Below are positions 1-10,164 of a stretch of DNA of 64,000 bases, piece by piece. The number at the start of each line of letters is the position of its first letter. Position 1 is the stretch's first letter. The notes under the pieces are model-generated. The model was not told the origin of the DNA. It did not search any database and saw only the letters and a list, made by a program, of their open reading frames with translations. The stretch lies in IMG/VR virus record IMGVR_UViG_3300017565_000002, positions 96,001 to 160,000 of that record; one strand, given 5' to 3'. The DNA is from a virus (lineage: Duplodnaviria > Caudoviricetes). A program made the translations under genes and the position numbers.

Positions 1-1
1 T

Positions 2-187
2 ATCAATATCACTCGCCCACAGCATGTTAGAAACTCCAGAGGATACCGTGCGATCAGGCTTAAGATTAGGTTTATTCCGTATGTGAGGAATGAGAGAGGG
101 TTTATCAAGATCATCCCCATTCTTAACCGGAGACCACGGCTTGTGCGGAAGCAAAATATAGACACAACGAATGAAGACAGACGGTAA
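2..187 (+). CDS. Partial (5'-truncated) Arg-rich hypothetical protein
   Basis: Frame 2 is open from the window edge (INITRPQHVRNSRGYRAIRL...EDRR) to TAA at 185-187, which sits in a terminator hairpin. Confidence 0.5.
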   Translation: MNITRPQHVRNSRGYRAIRLKIRFIPYVRNERGFIKIIPILNRRPRLVRKQNIDTTNEDRR

Positions 188-209
188 TCCGTCTGTCTTC
201 TTTTTTTTT
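173..209 (+). terminator. Intrinsic terminator between convergent genes
   Basis: GAAGACAGACGG-taat-CCGTCTGTCTTC perfect stem followed by a T9 tract. Confidence 0.85.
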
Positions 210-211
210 GC

Positions 212-928
212 TTATTCGTACCGATAATAGTGAGTAAGTGCTTTATTGGGGTAACCCTTCGAGTTGAACCGATCGATAACCTCAGCTCTGCCCGACTCAC
301 CATTCTGGATATTATCCAGTTTGAGATCAATTGTACCAATTGGGAGTTGCAATTGATCATAATGCTTCAGTTTATTGTAGATGAATATCTTGATATCCTC
401 GGTTGCAAGATCCAAGAACTGTTCAATGACAGACTCAGGAATAGCCGAGAAGCTTGGATAAGCCATCTTGAGAACCAATGCCAGTTGAATATCTCCAAAC
501 CCCCGTAGCATAATCCGGTTAGGTGGAATGAACTTAAACCGCCTAAAACTATACTTAGCGGATGAAGATAGATTTGTAGCCAAGGAGTTCATGATGACAT
601 CCTCAATCGTCAAGTTGACTGGACGATAACCATCAAAGTAGCTGGTATCGATGACGGTGGATTGAGGCATAACCATTGCGACTGATATGATCTTTAGGTT
701 ATTTTCATTTATTTCAGGGATGTTTAGATAGAACTGATCTACGGTCTCCGTCTTATTCTCCTTCGGTTCGTAGTTGTATCTGCGGTAGCATGGGAAATAT
801 TGAGAGAATATCGGTAGTGTATTCGTCAAGAGATTGTTATGAATCTCCGGATATAGATAATCTAACTTATACTCCACGAGACCAAGACGTTGATTCAGCA
901 GAATGTCCAAAATTGTATTGAGGTTCAT
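212..928 (-). CDS. Hypothetical protein, probably virion structural
   Basis: 238-aa ORF directly downstream of the prohead protease gene; function inferred from context only. Confidence 0.65.
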   Translation of the reverse strand: MNLNTILDILLNQRLGLVEYKLDYLYPEIHNNLLTNTLPIFSQYFPCYRRYNYEPKENKTETVDQFYLNIPEINENNLKIISVAMVMPQSTVIDTSYFDGYRPVNLTIEDVIMNSLATNLSSSAKYSFRRFKFIPPNRIMLRGFGDIQLALVLKMAYPSFSAIPESVIEQFLDLATEDIKIFIYNKLKHYDQLQLPIGTIDLKLDNIQNGESGRAEVIDRFNSKGYPNKALTHYYRYE

Positions 929-952
929 AAATCTATCAACTCCCCCGCTCTA

Positions 953-1819
953 TCATTTAAACGTCATGATATCGCGATAGTAGTCACGAATATAAGACTC
1001 CAGCGGTACATGAACTGTAATATTCTGACCCAGATACGTCCCTTCCAAGACAACTGTGTTTTTATTGTCATATACCCCGGAACTTTCTTGGAGCCCGAAG
1101 AGATCCTTGGCGATCTTGATATTGTCAGAACGTTCCATAACAAAATTGGTAATATTGGAGACGATACTCGAACTTTCCAATAGCGTCATCGAGGAGGATT
1201 CCTTCAGCATTGCATCCGTGTAAGACTTAACTGATACGATGTCCCCTTTATCACTATATGCCTCTTTATGCGAAGGACCATTAACCTGATCGTACGTAAT
1301 AATGGTTAGCGGATGGATGGCAACATTGTTGGAATCAACACCACCAAATGCCCGGAGAGAGAATGCCCATGGGCGATCGGCCATAGCTGTATTATACATC
1401 CATATGCCGTAACCGTATGGTGCAGATGTAACATGGCCTTTTAGAAGATTCCCGACTTTCCGGTAGTTGTCGATATAGTGGGAAGTTTTTTCCGGAAGCA
1501 CCTGAGATTGTCTGGACATCTCCTTAGAGTCTGGATGACCGTACTCACCAGCAAATTGCTTTCTTCGAAGGTGATTTTGGATCTTCGGATTCTCATCCAA
1601 ACCTCTCATGACAACTTGGGTCGGATATCTGCGTTGATTCCAGTTTATTACGTCGAAGCTTTGGAGTGTAGAATCGACGGTGACGGTTTTTATCTTTTCA
1701 CCCGTTGCCCCAATTACTGTATTCTCCCTCAAAATAGTCGTTTGGATATCGTCAGGGTTTACAGCAGCCTCTACAATGTAATAGATCGGAAAACTATTCT
1801 TGCTCGATGTTTTGATCAT
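953..1819 (-). CDS. Prohead core protease (T4 gp21-like)
   Basis: Motifs FAGEYGHPD, AFSLRAFGG and TYDQVNGPSH parallel the His, Ser and Asp-region motifs of T4 gp21-type proteases; adjacent to the capsid gene cluster. Confidence 0.8.
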   Translation of the reverse strand: MIKTSSKNSFPIYYIVEAAVNPDDIQTTILRENTVIGATGEKIKTVTVDSTLQSFDVINWNQRRYPTQVVMRGLDENPKIQNHLRRKQFAGEYGHPDSKEMSRQSQVLPEKTSHYIDNYRKVGNLLKGHVTSAPYGYGIWMYNTAMADRPWAFSLRAFGGVDSNNVAIHPLTIITYDQVNGPSHKEAYSDKGDIVSVKSYTDAMLKESSSMTLLESSSIVSNITNFVMERSDNIKIAKDLFGLQESSGVYDNKNTVVLEGTYLGQNITVHVPLESYIRDYYRDIMTFK

Positions 1820-1889
1820 AACTGCAACCTCCTAATCTAAATTTGCATTTATAAGGTGTTGCATGGTTATTGACGATATTTATATTAGA

Positions 1890-1901
1890 AACATCACTAT
1901 A
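1890..1901 (+). promoter_or_regulatory. Putative late promoter AACA-N6-TA
   Basis: AACA tcacta TA upstream of 1930; same motif precedes several structural genes and matches the AR9 late promoter consensus. Confidence 0.6.
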
Positions 1902-1929
1902 ATGGAAATAAGTTTAGGAGGGTAAATTC

Positions 1930-2967
1930 ATGAAACTTTCAATGAAACTTCCATTTCTTCAATTGGAGAGCGTCACAGCCGTTTCCAAATTGAATGGCTG
2001 GATCGCTAAATTTTCCTTTACCAAGGAAGTTGTAACACAAGAAGTGCTCGATGAGATATTCGAAAGCTATGATGGAAATATTGACAAGTATTTGGAGGTC
2101 TATACGGTATTATTGAAGAATATTGTGGATAATCGAAAGGTAGAATTGTACCAAAGACTATCCCAAGATATCGAGCAGATCTCCATGGATTTGCAACCTG
2201 AAGAAGGTAGCCAAGTCGATGCGCGAATCAGCAAAATGCTCAACTATCTGGATACGAAAGCAAGACTTCCGGATATTGAGTCGCTGAAGACCAACCTTCG
2301 AGAACTGGTGGCTAAGATACGGAGTCAACGACTTCTCATCTTACCCCAAGAAGATGATCATGAAACAACCGAAATGGTGTTCAACACCCTATCCAATAGC
2401 GATATTCAATTTTCTGCAACTTTGGATGCTGTATTGGAAATGTGCCAAGAGTTATTGGATGCTGGTTTGATAGAGGAGTCTATGGCTACGAAGATGAGAC
2501 GAGCCAAAGACAAAGTTGTCAATACCATAACGAAATTCTCCTTGAAGGATAAGGAGATGTCTGAGAAGTTGAATGAGAAATTCAACCGATTCTTGGGCGA
2601 CTATAAAGAGAATCGGAAAGTTGCTACCTATGATAAACTTGTGAAGGATACTTTTAACCTCTCAAGGATGCTAAAATCCCTTATTGGCTCCGGCATTGTA
2701 GCCCTTCTTGTTCCGGGCGGCGTTCAAGCAAAACTTGTAAGTGCAATCATCTTCTTATTGATTAGATTTGCGAAGGATCGTCGTACAGAAGACAAACACA
2801 AGAAAGTAATCGTCGCGGATTTAAAGTTTGAAAAGACAGTATTAGAAGAAAAGATACGGGATGCGGATACTAAGGGTGATACAAAGAGCAAGTACAAACT
2901 CATGCGAATCAATAATGAAGTTTCACGAGCAATCGACCGTATCACTTACGGCTTAGCTCAAAACTGA
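1930..2967 (+). CDS. Hypothetical head/virion protein
   Basis: 345 aa, SD AGGAGG, late motif upstream, N-terminal LQLES candidate maturation site. Confidence 0.7.
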   Translation: MKLSMKLPFLQLESVTAVSKLNGWIAKFSFTKEVVTQEVLDEIFESYDGNIDKYLEVYTVLLKNIVDNRKVELYQRLSQDIEQISMDLQPEEGSQVDARISKMLNYLDTKARLPDIESLKTNLRELVAKIRSQRLLILPQEDDHETTEMVFNTLSNSDIQFSATLDAVLEMCQELLDAGLIEESMATKMRRAKDKVVNTITKFSLKDKEMSEKLNEKFNRFLGDYKENRKVATYDKLVKDTFNLSRMLKSLIGSGIVALLVPGGVQAKLVSAIIFLLIRFAKDRRTEDKHKKVIVADLKFEKTVLEEKIRDADTKGDTKSKYKLMRINNEVSRAIDRITYGLAQN

Positions 2968-2986
2968 TACCATTGGAGGTGCAACT

Positions 2987-3619
2987 ATGTCATCATTATT
3001 AGAGCGTTTGCAAAGGATTAAAGAAGGTTTGGTCCTTGAGGCAGATGATAAATATGATATTCCCAAGGAAGAAGAGACAGATAATGATCCACCTCCTGGT
3101 CAAGGCGATGATCAACCTGCGACTTCGGATGATGTTGACAACGAAGATACGTCAGATAACAATCAAGACGACGACACGGATGATAACGCCTATGACATGG
3201 ATGATGAAGGTGGTGATGGCACAGGAGACGACGACGAAGGTGCAGAAACCGATGATGAAGACTCTCCCGAAGATTCATCGGGAAATTCATCCAGACCGGG
3301 GGAGATTATTCCATTAGATGAGATCTCCCGGAAGCTTTTGGTCTATAAAAATTTCAAAACTTACCGGGATATGAGGGATTCGGTAGCAGCACTATTGAAT
3401 ACACTTACTGAAATGCCAACCTCATCAGATGATAACCGACAAGTGATGAATCTATGTATTAGTCAGTCTTCTCAGCTTCTGAATAAGCTGAATGACTATA
3501 TTATGTACAAATATCAAGCGAATAGCTACGAAATTAATTACAAAAATTTTATGGCATTCGTATTGGAAAAAAGACTTATTGAAGAAATTCTCTCCAAGAT
3601 AAACATAGTCGATCAATAA
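2987..3619 (+). CDS. Acidic putative prohead core/scaffold-associated protein
   Basis: 210 aa with a long Asp/Glu-rich tract, LVLEA site, directly upstream of the capsid gene. Confidence 0.55.
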   Translation: MSSLLERLQRIKEGLVLEADDKYDIPKEEETDNDPPPGQGDDQPATSDDVDNEDTSDNNQDDDTDDNAYDMDDEGGDGTGDDDEGAETDDEDSPEDSSGNSSRPGEIIPLDEISRKLLVYKNFKTYRDMRDSVAALLNTLTEMPTSSDDNRQVMNLCISQSSQLLNKLNDYIMYKYQANSYEINYKNFMAFVLEKRLIEEILSKINIVDQ

Positions 3620-3645
3620 TTTTACCAAATCAAATAGTAAAATGT

Positions 3646-3657
3646 AACATATGTATA
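3646..3657 (+). promoter_or_regulatory. Putative late promoter AACA-N6-TA
   Basis: AACA tatgta TA followed by AATCCA; the same extension occurs at the tail sheath promoter. Confidence 0.7.
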
Positions 3658-3696
3658 AATCCAATCCCACTCAATGGATAAAAGGAGGAACACAAG

Positions 3697-5331
3697 GTGA
3701 AAAAAGAGTATAAAGAGTCTACATTGGGCCTCGGTACGTTCCGCGACAGGCAGGTAGAGAAGTTCTTTGACCGCCTGTATGAAACGTATGGATCGTCCAT
3801 CGGTAGCGACGTAACACCTTTCTTTAAAACGGAGCAAGGTGTGGAAACGTTCCTTGAGTCGATTAACAACATCCTCGACGAAGAGGAATTCAGCGGCACT
3901 GGTCTTACCAGTTCCATCATGCGCGAAGACGCTGCGGCGCGTTCCGTTGGTGTTCGCTGTATTGCAAAGGAACTGCTCGAAGAATCGGCACAACAAGGTC
4001 TGGCGACGCTTCGCCCGATTTCGCTGACTTCGTTTGGTTTCCAAATTCGTTCCTATACGAAGGCTGTCATGCACCGTGCAGTTAAAACGCTGCAAGCAGA
4101 AAAACCGGCGTTTAAAATCACGGAGCGCAAACAGTTCTTGATCGACATCAACGGCAACAAACGTTATTTCGTTGATGCGTTCAACCACGGCAGCAACCTG
4201 AATGACAACATTCACAAGAAATTCGATGTTACGGTGAACGTTCCCTCCACTGGTGTGGATATGTTCGCTTCCAACTCCATCGATCCTCGGAACAAAATGG
4301 CTGTCGACATCGCCCTGAAGTCCTATACGGCTAAAGAGTCGAATGGCACAGACGATGCCACGAACCTGAAGATCGTTGGACCAAGACGCGAGATCGATCT
4401 GGAAACAGGCCGCTTCTCGATCAACGTTGAATTCGGTACGGACAACGCTAAGGGCGTCATCCACGGCGAATTCGACTTCAACAAAAACCAATTGGTCGCG
4501 ATCACCACGACCAGCAGCCGCATCAAAACGGCTACATTTGCAATGCGTCTGTCTTCTGAGACGCACCTGTCCTCGTTGCAGGTTGGTATTGAGCACATCA
4601 ATACGACTGTAAACATTCCGGACGGCGCGCATATCGAAGTGCAACTCTCTCAAGAATTCACGGACGACGCATCTCGTATGCTCGGCCTGAACATGCTTGA
4701 AGAGTATACGAACCAAATGGGTATCGCGATTGAGCGTCTCGAAGATATTTCGATCTTTGAAAAGATCAAATCTCTCGATTCGTCTGCAATCGTTACCGAT
4801 ACTTTCGACGTTACACCGGACGCCGGGTTTGCATACGGTAAAGAAGAATGGATCAAACGCCAGTTCCATCCGGCGGTTGAACAAATGTGTATCCGTATGA
4901 AATCCGAGCTTCAAATCGACGATTGCCATTTCCGGGTTATTGGTAACCCGATTGACATCCGTCTGCCAAATGCTGCTGGCGAAGAGTACATCTTCCGCCG
5001 CAATCAAGAAATGTCCGGTTCGGTTCGTGTTGAGTACGACTTTGCGGTCGTTACTTCCGGCAACACGATCTTCTACCTGTCTTCCGATCGTGTGCCTCCG
5101 GGCAAGATCCGCATCCTGCTGATCCCGAACACGATCGAAAACAACATCATCACGGTTAACCACTACCGTTATGCGAACTACGTTTCGAACAAATATCGTT
5201 CCAGCTCCAACCCTTCCTTGCCGACTGTAATGGTTTCCAGCCGTTACAAAACGCAAGAATACCTGCCAATCGTAGGTGTTCTTACCGTAACCGGCAACAA
5301 GGCATCTTGGTATACTGATCTCTATCAATAA
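3697..5331 (+). CDS. Major capsid protein (probable)
   Basis: 544 aa, GTG start with AAAGGAGG, extreme high-expression codon bias, own late promoter and terminator, located between protease/scaffold and terminase genes. No diagnostic motif verified. Confidence 0.7.
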   Translation: MKKEYKESTLGLGTFRDRQVEKFFDRLYETYGSSIGSDVTPFFKTEQGVETFLESINNILDEEEFSGTGLTSSIMREDAAARSVGVRCIAKELLEESAQQGLATLRPISLTSFGFQIRSYTKAVMHRAVKTLQAEKPAFKITERKQFLIDINGNKRYFVDAFNHGSNLNDNIHKKFDVTVNVPSTGVDMFASNSIDPRNKMAVDIALKSYTAKESNGTDDATNLKIVGPRREIDLETGRFSINVEFGTDNAKGVIHGEFDFNKNQLVAITTTSSRIKTATFAMRLSSETHLSSLQVGIEHINTTVNIPDGAHIEVQLSQEFTDDASRMLGLNMLEEYTNQMGIAIERLEDISIFEKIKSLDSSAIVTDTFDVTPDAGFAYGKEEWIKRQFHPAVEQMCIRMKSELQIDDCHFRVIGNPIDIRLPNAAGEEYIFRRNQEMSGSVRVEYDFAVVTSGNTIFYLSSDRVPPGKIRILLIPNTIENNIITVNHYRYANYVSNKYRSSSNPSLPTVMVSSRYKTQEYLPIVGVLTVTGNKASWYTDLYQ

Positions 5332-5344
5332 TCTGGCACTTAAG

Positions 5345-5374
5345 CCCACAGCCCATAAACGGGCTGTGGGTTTT
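5345..5374 (+). terminator. Intrinsic terminator after capsid gene
   Basis: CCCACAGCCC-ataaac-GGGCTGTGGG then TTTT. Confidence 0.85.
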
Positions 5375-5397
5375 ACTTTTAAAAAGGAGGATCAATC

Positions 5398-6591
5398 ATG
5401 CAGAAATTTGTATTCAATATTCTAGCCAACCTGCTTGCTGAGATTAAGGCATATAAGAAGTATCAGAATATAGTGGCAATCAAATCACTTTTCAATAATC
5501 AAATCCAAAGTGTCCCCTGTGTGTCGGTAGCGGTAAACGATTCTTCTACAGCTAGTTCTTTCTATGGGGTTATCGTTTATCCCAATATCGTCATTCGTCA
5601 AGGTGTACCTACAGTTATCAACTACGCAATTGAGATCCAGCGCCAAGCAGTAGACCTTCTCTCGCCAGAAGAATTGGCAGCTATGATCATTCACGATGTA
5701 AGCCATAACGTTTTGTCGGCAATGGTCATTCAACGTATTAAGTATGCAATCTTTAAAGCATGTCGTATTACCCACAGTAAGATTGTGGATATTATCTACA
5801 ATATGACCAAACCAATGTGGGAATTAGCAGCTTTGGATGTCTCCAACCGTACGCTTAAGGGGAATATTATTCCGGGGTTGGATATGTATGAACCTGACCG
5901 ATTGCTGGTAGATATGGAGATCTCCGACTACTTCAATTCAGCGCTGAAGAAATATGACACCATTGATTACCTGAACTTGAGCGATCTGGATAGTCAAGAG
6001 ATTGGTGATGCCTATATTGGTATGCATATCATCAAGATGGTTCGAGAAAAACTCCGCGGGATCAATAAAACTTACAATGAACTATTCAACTATATCAAAG
6101 GTCAATATGATACCCGTGTATTTTATGCATTCCCTCGGCTTGATGTCGATGTGAAAGAAGATCGATTCGGTGCCGAGGTGCTTGACGAAGAACAACTAAA
6201 ACCTTATGAGATTCAGCGTTTACAAGAGGGTGTAGTCCAAGGCATTAAGACACATGGTCTGTCCAAAACGGCTGAGATGCTTTTGGAAGCATCTACTGCT
6301 AAGACGTTCTCCAGCGGTAAGATCTCTTATTCTTCACTCCAGCGAGAATTGGACGTGTTGAATTTTAAGATTGAATCCATGGGGAGCAACTATGAGCGGT
6401 TGGCTATCCTTGACCGTATTTATGACAATATCTTTGCACTTGAGAAATACTTGGAGAAAAATCCAAACGATCAAATCATCTGGGATTATCTGAAACGGTT
6501 TATTGGTGTGACAGAATCCATGAAGGATGCCAAAATTGCGAAGAAAAAGTATGGTGTATTCATTGAGGTCCCACCTGGGTACGAGGGGTGA
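5398..6591 (+). CDS. Hypothetical virion protein with zincin-like HDxxH motif
   Basis: 397 aa, SD AGGAGG; LSPEELAAMIIHDVSH resembles an HExxH helix with E replaced by D. Confidence 0.65.
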   Translation: MQKFVFNILANLLAEIKAYKKYQNIVAIKSLFNNQIQSVPCVSVAVNDSSTASSFYGVIVYPNIVIRQGVPTVINYAIEIQRQAVDLLSPEELAAMIIHDVSHNVLSAMVIQRIKYAIFKACRITHSKIVDIIYNMTKPMWELAALDVSNRTLKGNIIPGLDMYEPDRLLVDMEISDYFNSALKKYDTIDYLNLSDLDSQEIGDAYIGMHIIKMVREKLRGINKTYNELFNYIKGQYDTRVFYAFPRLDVDVKEDRFGAEVLDEEQLKPYEIQRLQEGVVQGIKTHGLSKTAEMLLEASTAKTFSSGKISYSSLQRELDVLNFKIESMGSNYERLAILDRIYDNIFALEKYLEKNPNDQIIWDYLKRFIGVTESMKDAKIAKKKYGVFIEVPPGYEG

Positions 6592-6600
6592 AGATGAGCC

Positions 6601-8760
6601 ATGCTCATAAGACCATATAAAGCCAGGGACGAGGAGTATTATGTCGATTGGAATACAACCAATCTATCTTTCGTCCGGACAGCAGTGCTTCTCCAACGGG
6701 CAGGAATCGAGAATTATGATTTCTGCCTTAAGATATACGATAAAGACTTGATTGACATCGACCCGTATGATGAAGATTTGACACTTCAAGACATGGGGAA
6801 AGTCATTCAGGAGATTACAAGGAACTATTTCTATTTCCTTCGAGAAGTATGTCGGGTGCCTGAGGAGGGTGCATCCACGGAAATTGGCGGGGGTACACCC
6901 TTCCTTTTACACCGTGGCAACCTTGCTCAGGCTTGGTGTTTTGAAAATAATATCTCTCACTATTTAGAGCTGCCTCGTCAGTTTGGTAAAACGACAGGTG
7001 CGGTTCAGCGATATCAATGGCAATTCTCTTATGGTACAACATCATCCACAACCATATTCATGAATATGGACAAAGCTGCATCTGTAAGTAACTTGACCCG
7101 TCTAAAAGAGAGCCGATCTCTTCTTCCGGAATATTTGCAGATGCGATTTACACTGGATGATAAAGGTCAGTTGAAAGCAAACACAGATAACGTCAATGAA
7201 ATTAAGAATAAGCAGTTAAAGAACTTGATCATTACAAAGGCATCCGCCCGAAACGTACAGAATGCTGAGCGCGTCGGTCGTGGTCTTACCGTTCCAGCCC
7301 TGTGGTTCGATGAGTTCGCCCATATGATCTTTAACGAAACGATACATGCTGCTGCAATTCCAGCGTTCTCCCGTGCATCTGAGAACGCATCCAAAAACGA
7401 AAAACCATATGCAATCTGTATCACAACTACACCGGGCGACATGGGTACACAACATGGTGCCTATGCATTTGACCTGAAGGAAAAAGCAGCGAAATTTACC
7501 GAAGGGTTATACGACTATTCACCTGAAGATCTAGAAACTTGGATGCGGAAGAACTCCAGTAACACCATGGTCTACATCTCCTTCTCCTTCCTTCAATTGG
7601 GTAAGACGATGGAATGGTATGAGGACATGTGCGAAAAGATGAACCACAACTGGATGAAAATCCGTCGTGAGCTTCTTCTCCAATGGAACAAAGCATCCAA
7701 TAATTCTCCGTTCTCCCCTGAGGACATTGATGAATTGGTTGCAATGTCGAAAACGTCAATTGGTACAATTAAGATCAATAAGTATTATGAAGTATTACTC
7801 TATAAAGAACTTGACGCGTTCAAACGATATCTGGTGGGTGTCGACGTCTCGAAAGGTGTTGGGCGTGACGCGACTGCCGTTGCAATTGTAGATTCAGAAA
7901 CCTTTGAAGTCGTCGGTCTATTCATCAATAACACAATCCGTTCAAGAGAGCTTAAACGATTCTTGCATACGTTGATATTGGATCACCTACCAAACTCCGT
8001 TCTCGTCATAGAGAATAACAATATTGGTGATGCAATTATCGAAGATCTTAAAGCTACACCGTTACGGAGCCATTTGTATTACGACTTTGCAATGCGCTTA
8101 GCAGAAGATAACCGCATCGATGGTGTTATGCAGCAGAAGAAGAAAAATCGTATCATCTATGGTCATACGGTTACGTCCGTGACACGCCCGAAGATGATGG
8201 AGCTTCTCCTAAACTTCGTTGCAAAACACAAATCGAAGATTGCGGTAAAAGAGCTGGTTGATCAGATCCGGCATTTGGAATACAAAAATGAAGAACGAAT
8301 CGATCACCAAGCTGGGAAACACGATGACGCCGTCTTTGCTTACTTGGCTTGTATCTACATCATGTTCTATGGCAAAAACCTCAGTCGCTTTGGTTTATTC
8401 AATAAGTATAACTTTGACGATGAAGGTATGCATGAACGTGAAGTGGGTGAGGATAAGCTTGCCAAGATTCTTAGAAAGGCAAAACTAAATAATCTAGTAA
8501 AACGAGATCCATTCTTGGCCGAGCTTTTCGAGGAGTCTAAAACATTTGCAGAGGCCGACCGAGAAATTGACCGAGAGATGTGGCGAATTGAGGCGGACGG
8601 GGATTCCGATACGATTTTCCAAACATCCGCAGATGGCCCGGGGAAAGTATTAAAGCCAAATGCAATACGAAACCTGAACCAGAGTGCATTAAACCGGCTT
8701 AACCGTACAACCAACGCTGTTTTCGGTATTCCGGATGGGTTTAATGGGAGAGGCTGGTAG
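6601..8760 (+). CDS. terL: Terminase large subunit
   Basis: Walker A LPRQFGKTT, Walker B LWFDEFAH, motif III ITTTPG, nuclease motifs VGVDVSKGVGRDATA and GKHDDAVFA. Confidence 0.95.
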   Translation: MLIRPYKARDEEYYVDWNTTNLSFVRTAVLLQRAGIENYDFCLKIYDKDLIDIDPYDEDLTLQDMGKVIQEITRNYFYFLREVCRVPEEGASTEIGGGTPFLLHRGNLAQAWCFENNISHYLELPRQFGKTTGAVQRYQWQFSYGTTSSTTIFMNMDKAASVSNLTRLKESRSLLPEYLQMRFTLDDKGQLKANTDNVNEIKNKQLKNLIITKASARNVQNAERVGRGLTVPALWFDEFAHMIFNETIHAAAIPAFSRASENASKNEKPYAICITTTPGDMGTQHGAYAFDLKEKAAKFTEGLYDYSPEDLETWMRKNSSNTMVYISFSFLQLGKTMEWYEDMCEKMNHNWMKIRRELLLQWNKASNNSPFSPEDIDELVAMSKTSIGTIKINKYYEVLLYKELDAFKRYLVGVDVSKGVGRDATAVAIVDSETFEVVGLFINNTIRSRELKRFLHTLILDHLPNSVLVIENNNIGDAIIEDLKATPLRSHLYYDFAMRLAEDNRIDGVMQQKKKNRIIYGHTVTSVTRPKMMELLLNFVAKHKSKIAVKELVDQIRHLEYKNEERIDHQAGKHDDAVFAYLACIYIMFYGKNLSRFGLFNKYNFDDEGMHEREVGEDKLAKILRKAKLNNLVKRDPFLAELFEESKTFAEADREIDREMWRIEADGDSDTIFQTSADGPGKVLKPNAIRNLNQSALNRLNRTTNAVFGIPDGFNGRGW

Positions 8761-8783
8761 ATAAACCAGCCTCTTTCTTTTTT
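8749..8783 (+). terminator. Intrinsic terminator overlapping terL stop
   Basis: AGAGGCTGG-tagataaa-CCAGCCTCT then TTCTTTTTT. Confidence 0.75.
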
Positions 8784-8831
8784 ACCAGCATAGTGACAAA
8801 AGATTAGATCGATTGAGAGGGTGGGAATAAA

Positions 8832-9311
8832 TTGAGTAGATTGAGAAAAATTCTGATAACTGAAAATAACTTCAAAGCAGTACAAGGTAGGATTAAGAAA
8901 TTCGTCAACTCTTGTACGAATAACGATTATGGATTCGTTTATAGGTGGGGATACGATAATAGCTGGTTTAAGGGTCATCTATCCGAGAAAGAGACTGATT
9001 ACCCTACCGGAATGAGAGAACCTTACGTGGATGAAGAACCCGAGGGGAAATCGAATGATCGCATCCGAATACGATTTATGCAGACATCTGGTATGAGTTG
9101 TACAATTTATGTGCGCGTTGGTGATATAATCAGTATTCAACCTAACAGACTGATTGTTCAGAGTAAATTCCCATATCATGGTCGTAGAAGGAGTTCTGAT
9201 GTGAATTACGTATATGATATGGTCGACAGAATAAAACTCGATACAAATTTCAAACAATGGGTGTGTGGTAAAGAAAGGCATCAAGCCGTTGATCGTATAA
9301 TGAATGGTTAA
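8832..9311 (+). CDS. Hypothetical protein
   Basis: 159 aa, TTG start after GAGGGTGGG; flanked by an imperfect direct repeat (see findings). Confidence 0.7.
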   Translation: MSRLRKILITENNFKAVQGRIKKFVNSCTNNDYGFVYRWGYDNSWFKGHLSEKETDYPTGMREPYVDEEPEGKSNDRIRIRFMQTSGMSCTIYVRVGDIISIQPNRLIVQSKFPYHGRRRSSDVNYVYDMVDRIKLDTNFKQWVCGKERHQAVDRIMNG

Positions 9312-9390
9312 CTTGCCTACCACCTCTTTCTTTTTTTAACAACATAGTGACAAAATATCAGACGAAAATGACCGAAAGGAGACATTACAA

Positions 9391-10164
9391 ATGTCTATTT
9401 ACGATCAGGAGGATGTCGCAAATAAAGCAAAGCTATATGAAATAGCTGCGATCGTTGAAAGTGAATTTTTCATGGAGTCCATCAAGGAGCAAATTGCTAT
9501 GGGGCTTGATTGTTCTCATAGAGACTATCTGAAAGAATTCGAAATTAAGCTCAAACATATCACGGAGAAATATGACGAGAGTGACTACTCGCGGATGATG
9601 GAATACCGCGATGAGTTATATGCAAGTATTGTGCGCTGGATAGAAGAACGATACGATGTCACGGTCCAGTATGACAATGACGAGATATTTAGAATTGTAA
9701 AACAGCTGTATCGTTTCTTCGTTGTGGATTTGAAGGACGCAATCAGATCGTTTTTGTTCTACTACATTCGGGAAAACTATAAGGCGATTCTGAAATCTAC
9801 AGATCCCGAATTGCTCAATACCGAAATCCTTAACTCCGATAAAGCAAAGGATATTGAGGATACGGACTCACTTGTTCTTATGAGTAATATTGGTACAATC
9901 GTTGATACGGTTATTGATATGGGACTTCCATTCGAGACATTCATTCAATATGCAGCTATGTCCGGAGATATTCTCAGTATCAACGAGTTGAACAGTGCAA
10001 GCAATCGTGTACTGTTTATCAGTAGTGAAGAAGGTGTGTTCCAAACCTTAATGAAAGAGATGAAGTCGAACTCCTACGATCATAACATCATCGCCGATCT
10101 TTCTTCTCTTCTCATAAGCTCTTTCATTATAAACAAAGGAGACGACGTAAATGACGACGAATAG
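9391..10164 (+). CDS. Hypothetical protein
   Basis: 257 aa, SD AAAGGAG. Confidence 0.8.
   Translation: MSIYDQEDVANKAKLYEIAAIVESEFFMESIKEQIAMGLDCSHRDYLKEFEIKLKHITEKYDESDYSRMMEYRDELYASIVRWIEERYDVTVQYDNDEIFRIVKQLYRFFVVDLKDAIRSFLFYYIRENYKAILKSTDPELLNTEILNSDKAKDIEDTDSLVLMSNIGTIVDTVIDMGLPFETFIQYAAMSGDILSINELNSASNRVLFISSEEGVFQTLMKEMKSNSYDHNIIADLSSLLISSFIINKGDDVNDDE

Noticed and set aside
660-675. Possible self-target of array unit 3 (GATTGAGGCATAACCA versus TTTGGAGG+CATAATCA)
   Set aside because: Only 12 of 16 match; expected by chance given 13 guides, both strands and 64 kb. No convincing target was found by eye in this window.
3622-5349. 575-aa antisense ORF over the capsid gene, and similar shadows over sheath, tube and 29176
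   Set aside because: Strong codon bias on the coding strand suppresses antisense stops; no SD or protein-like motifs.
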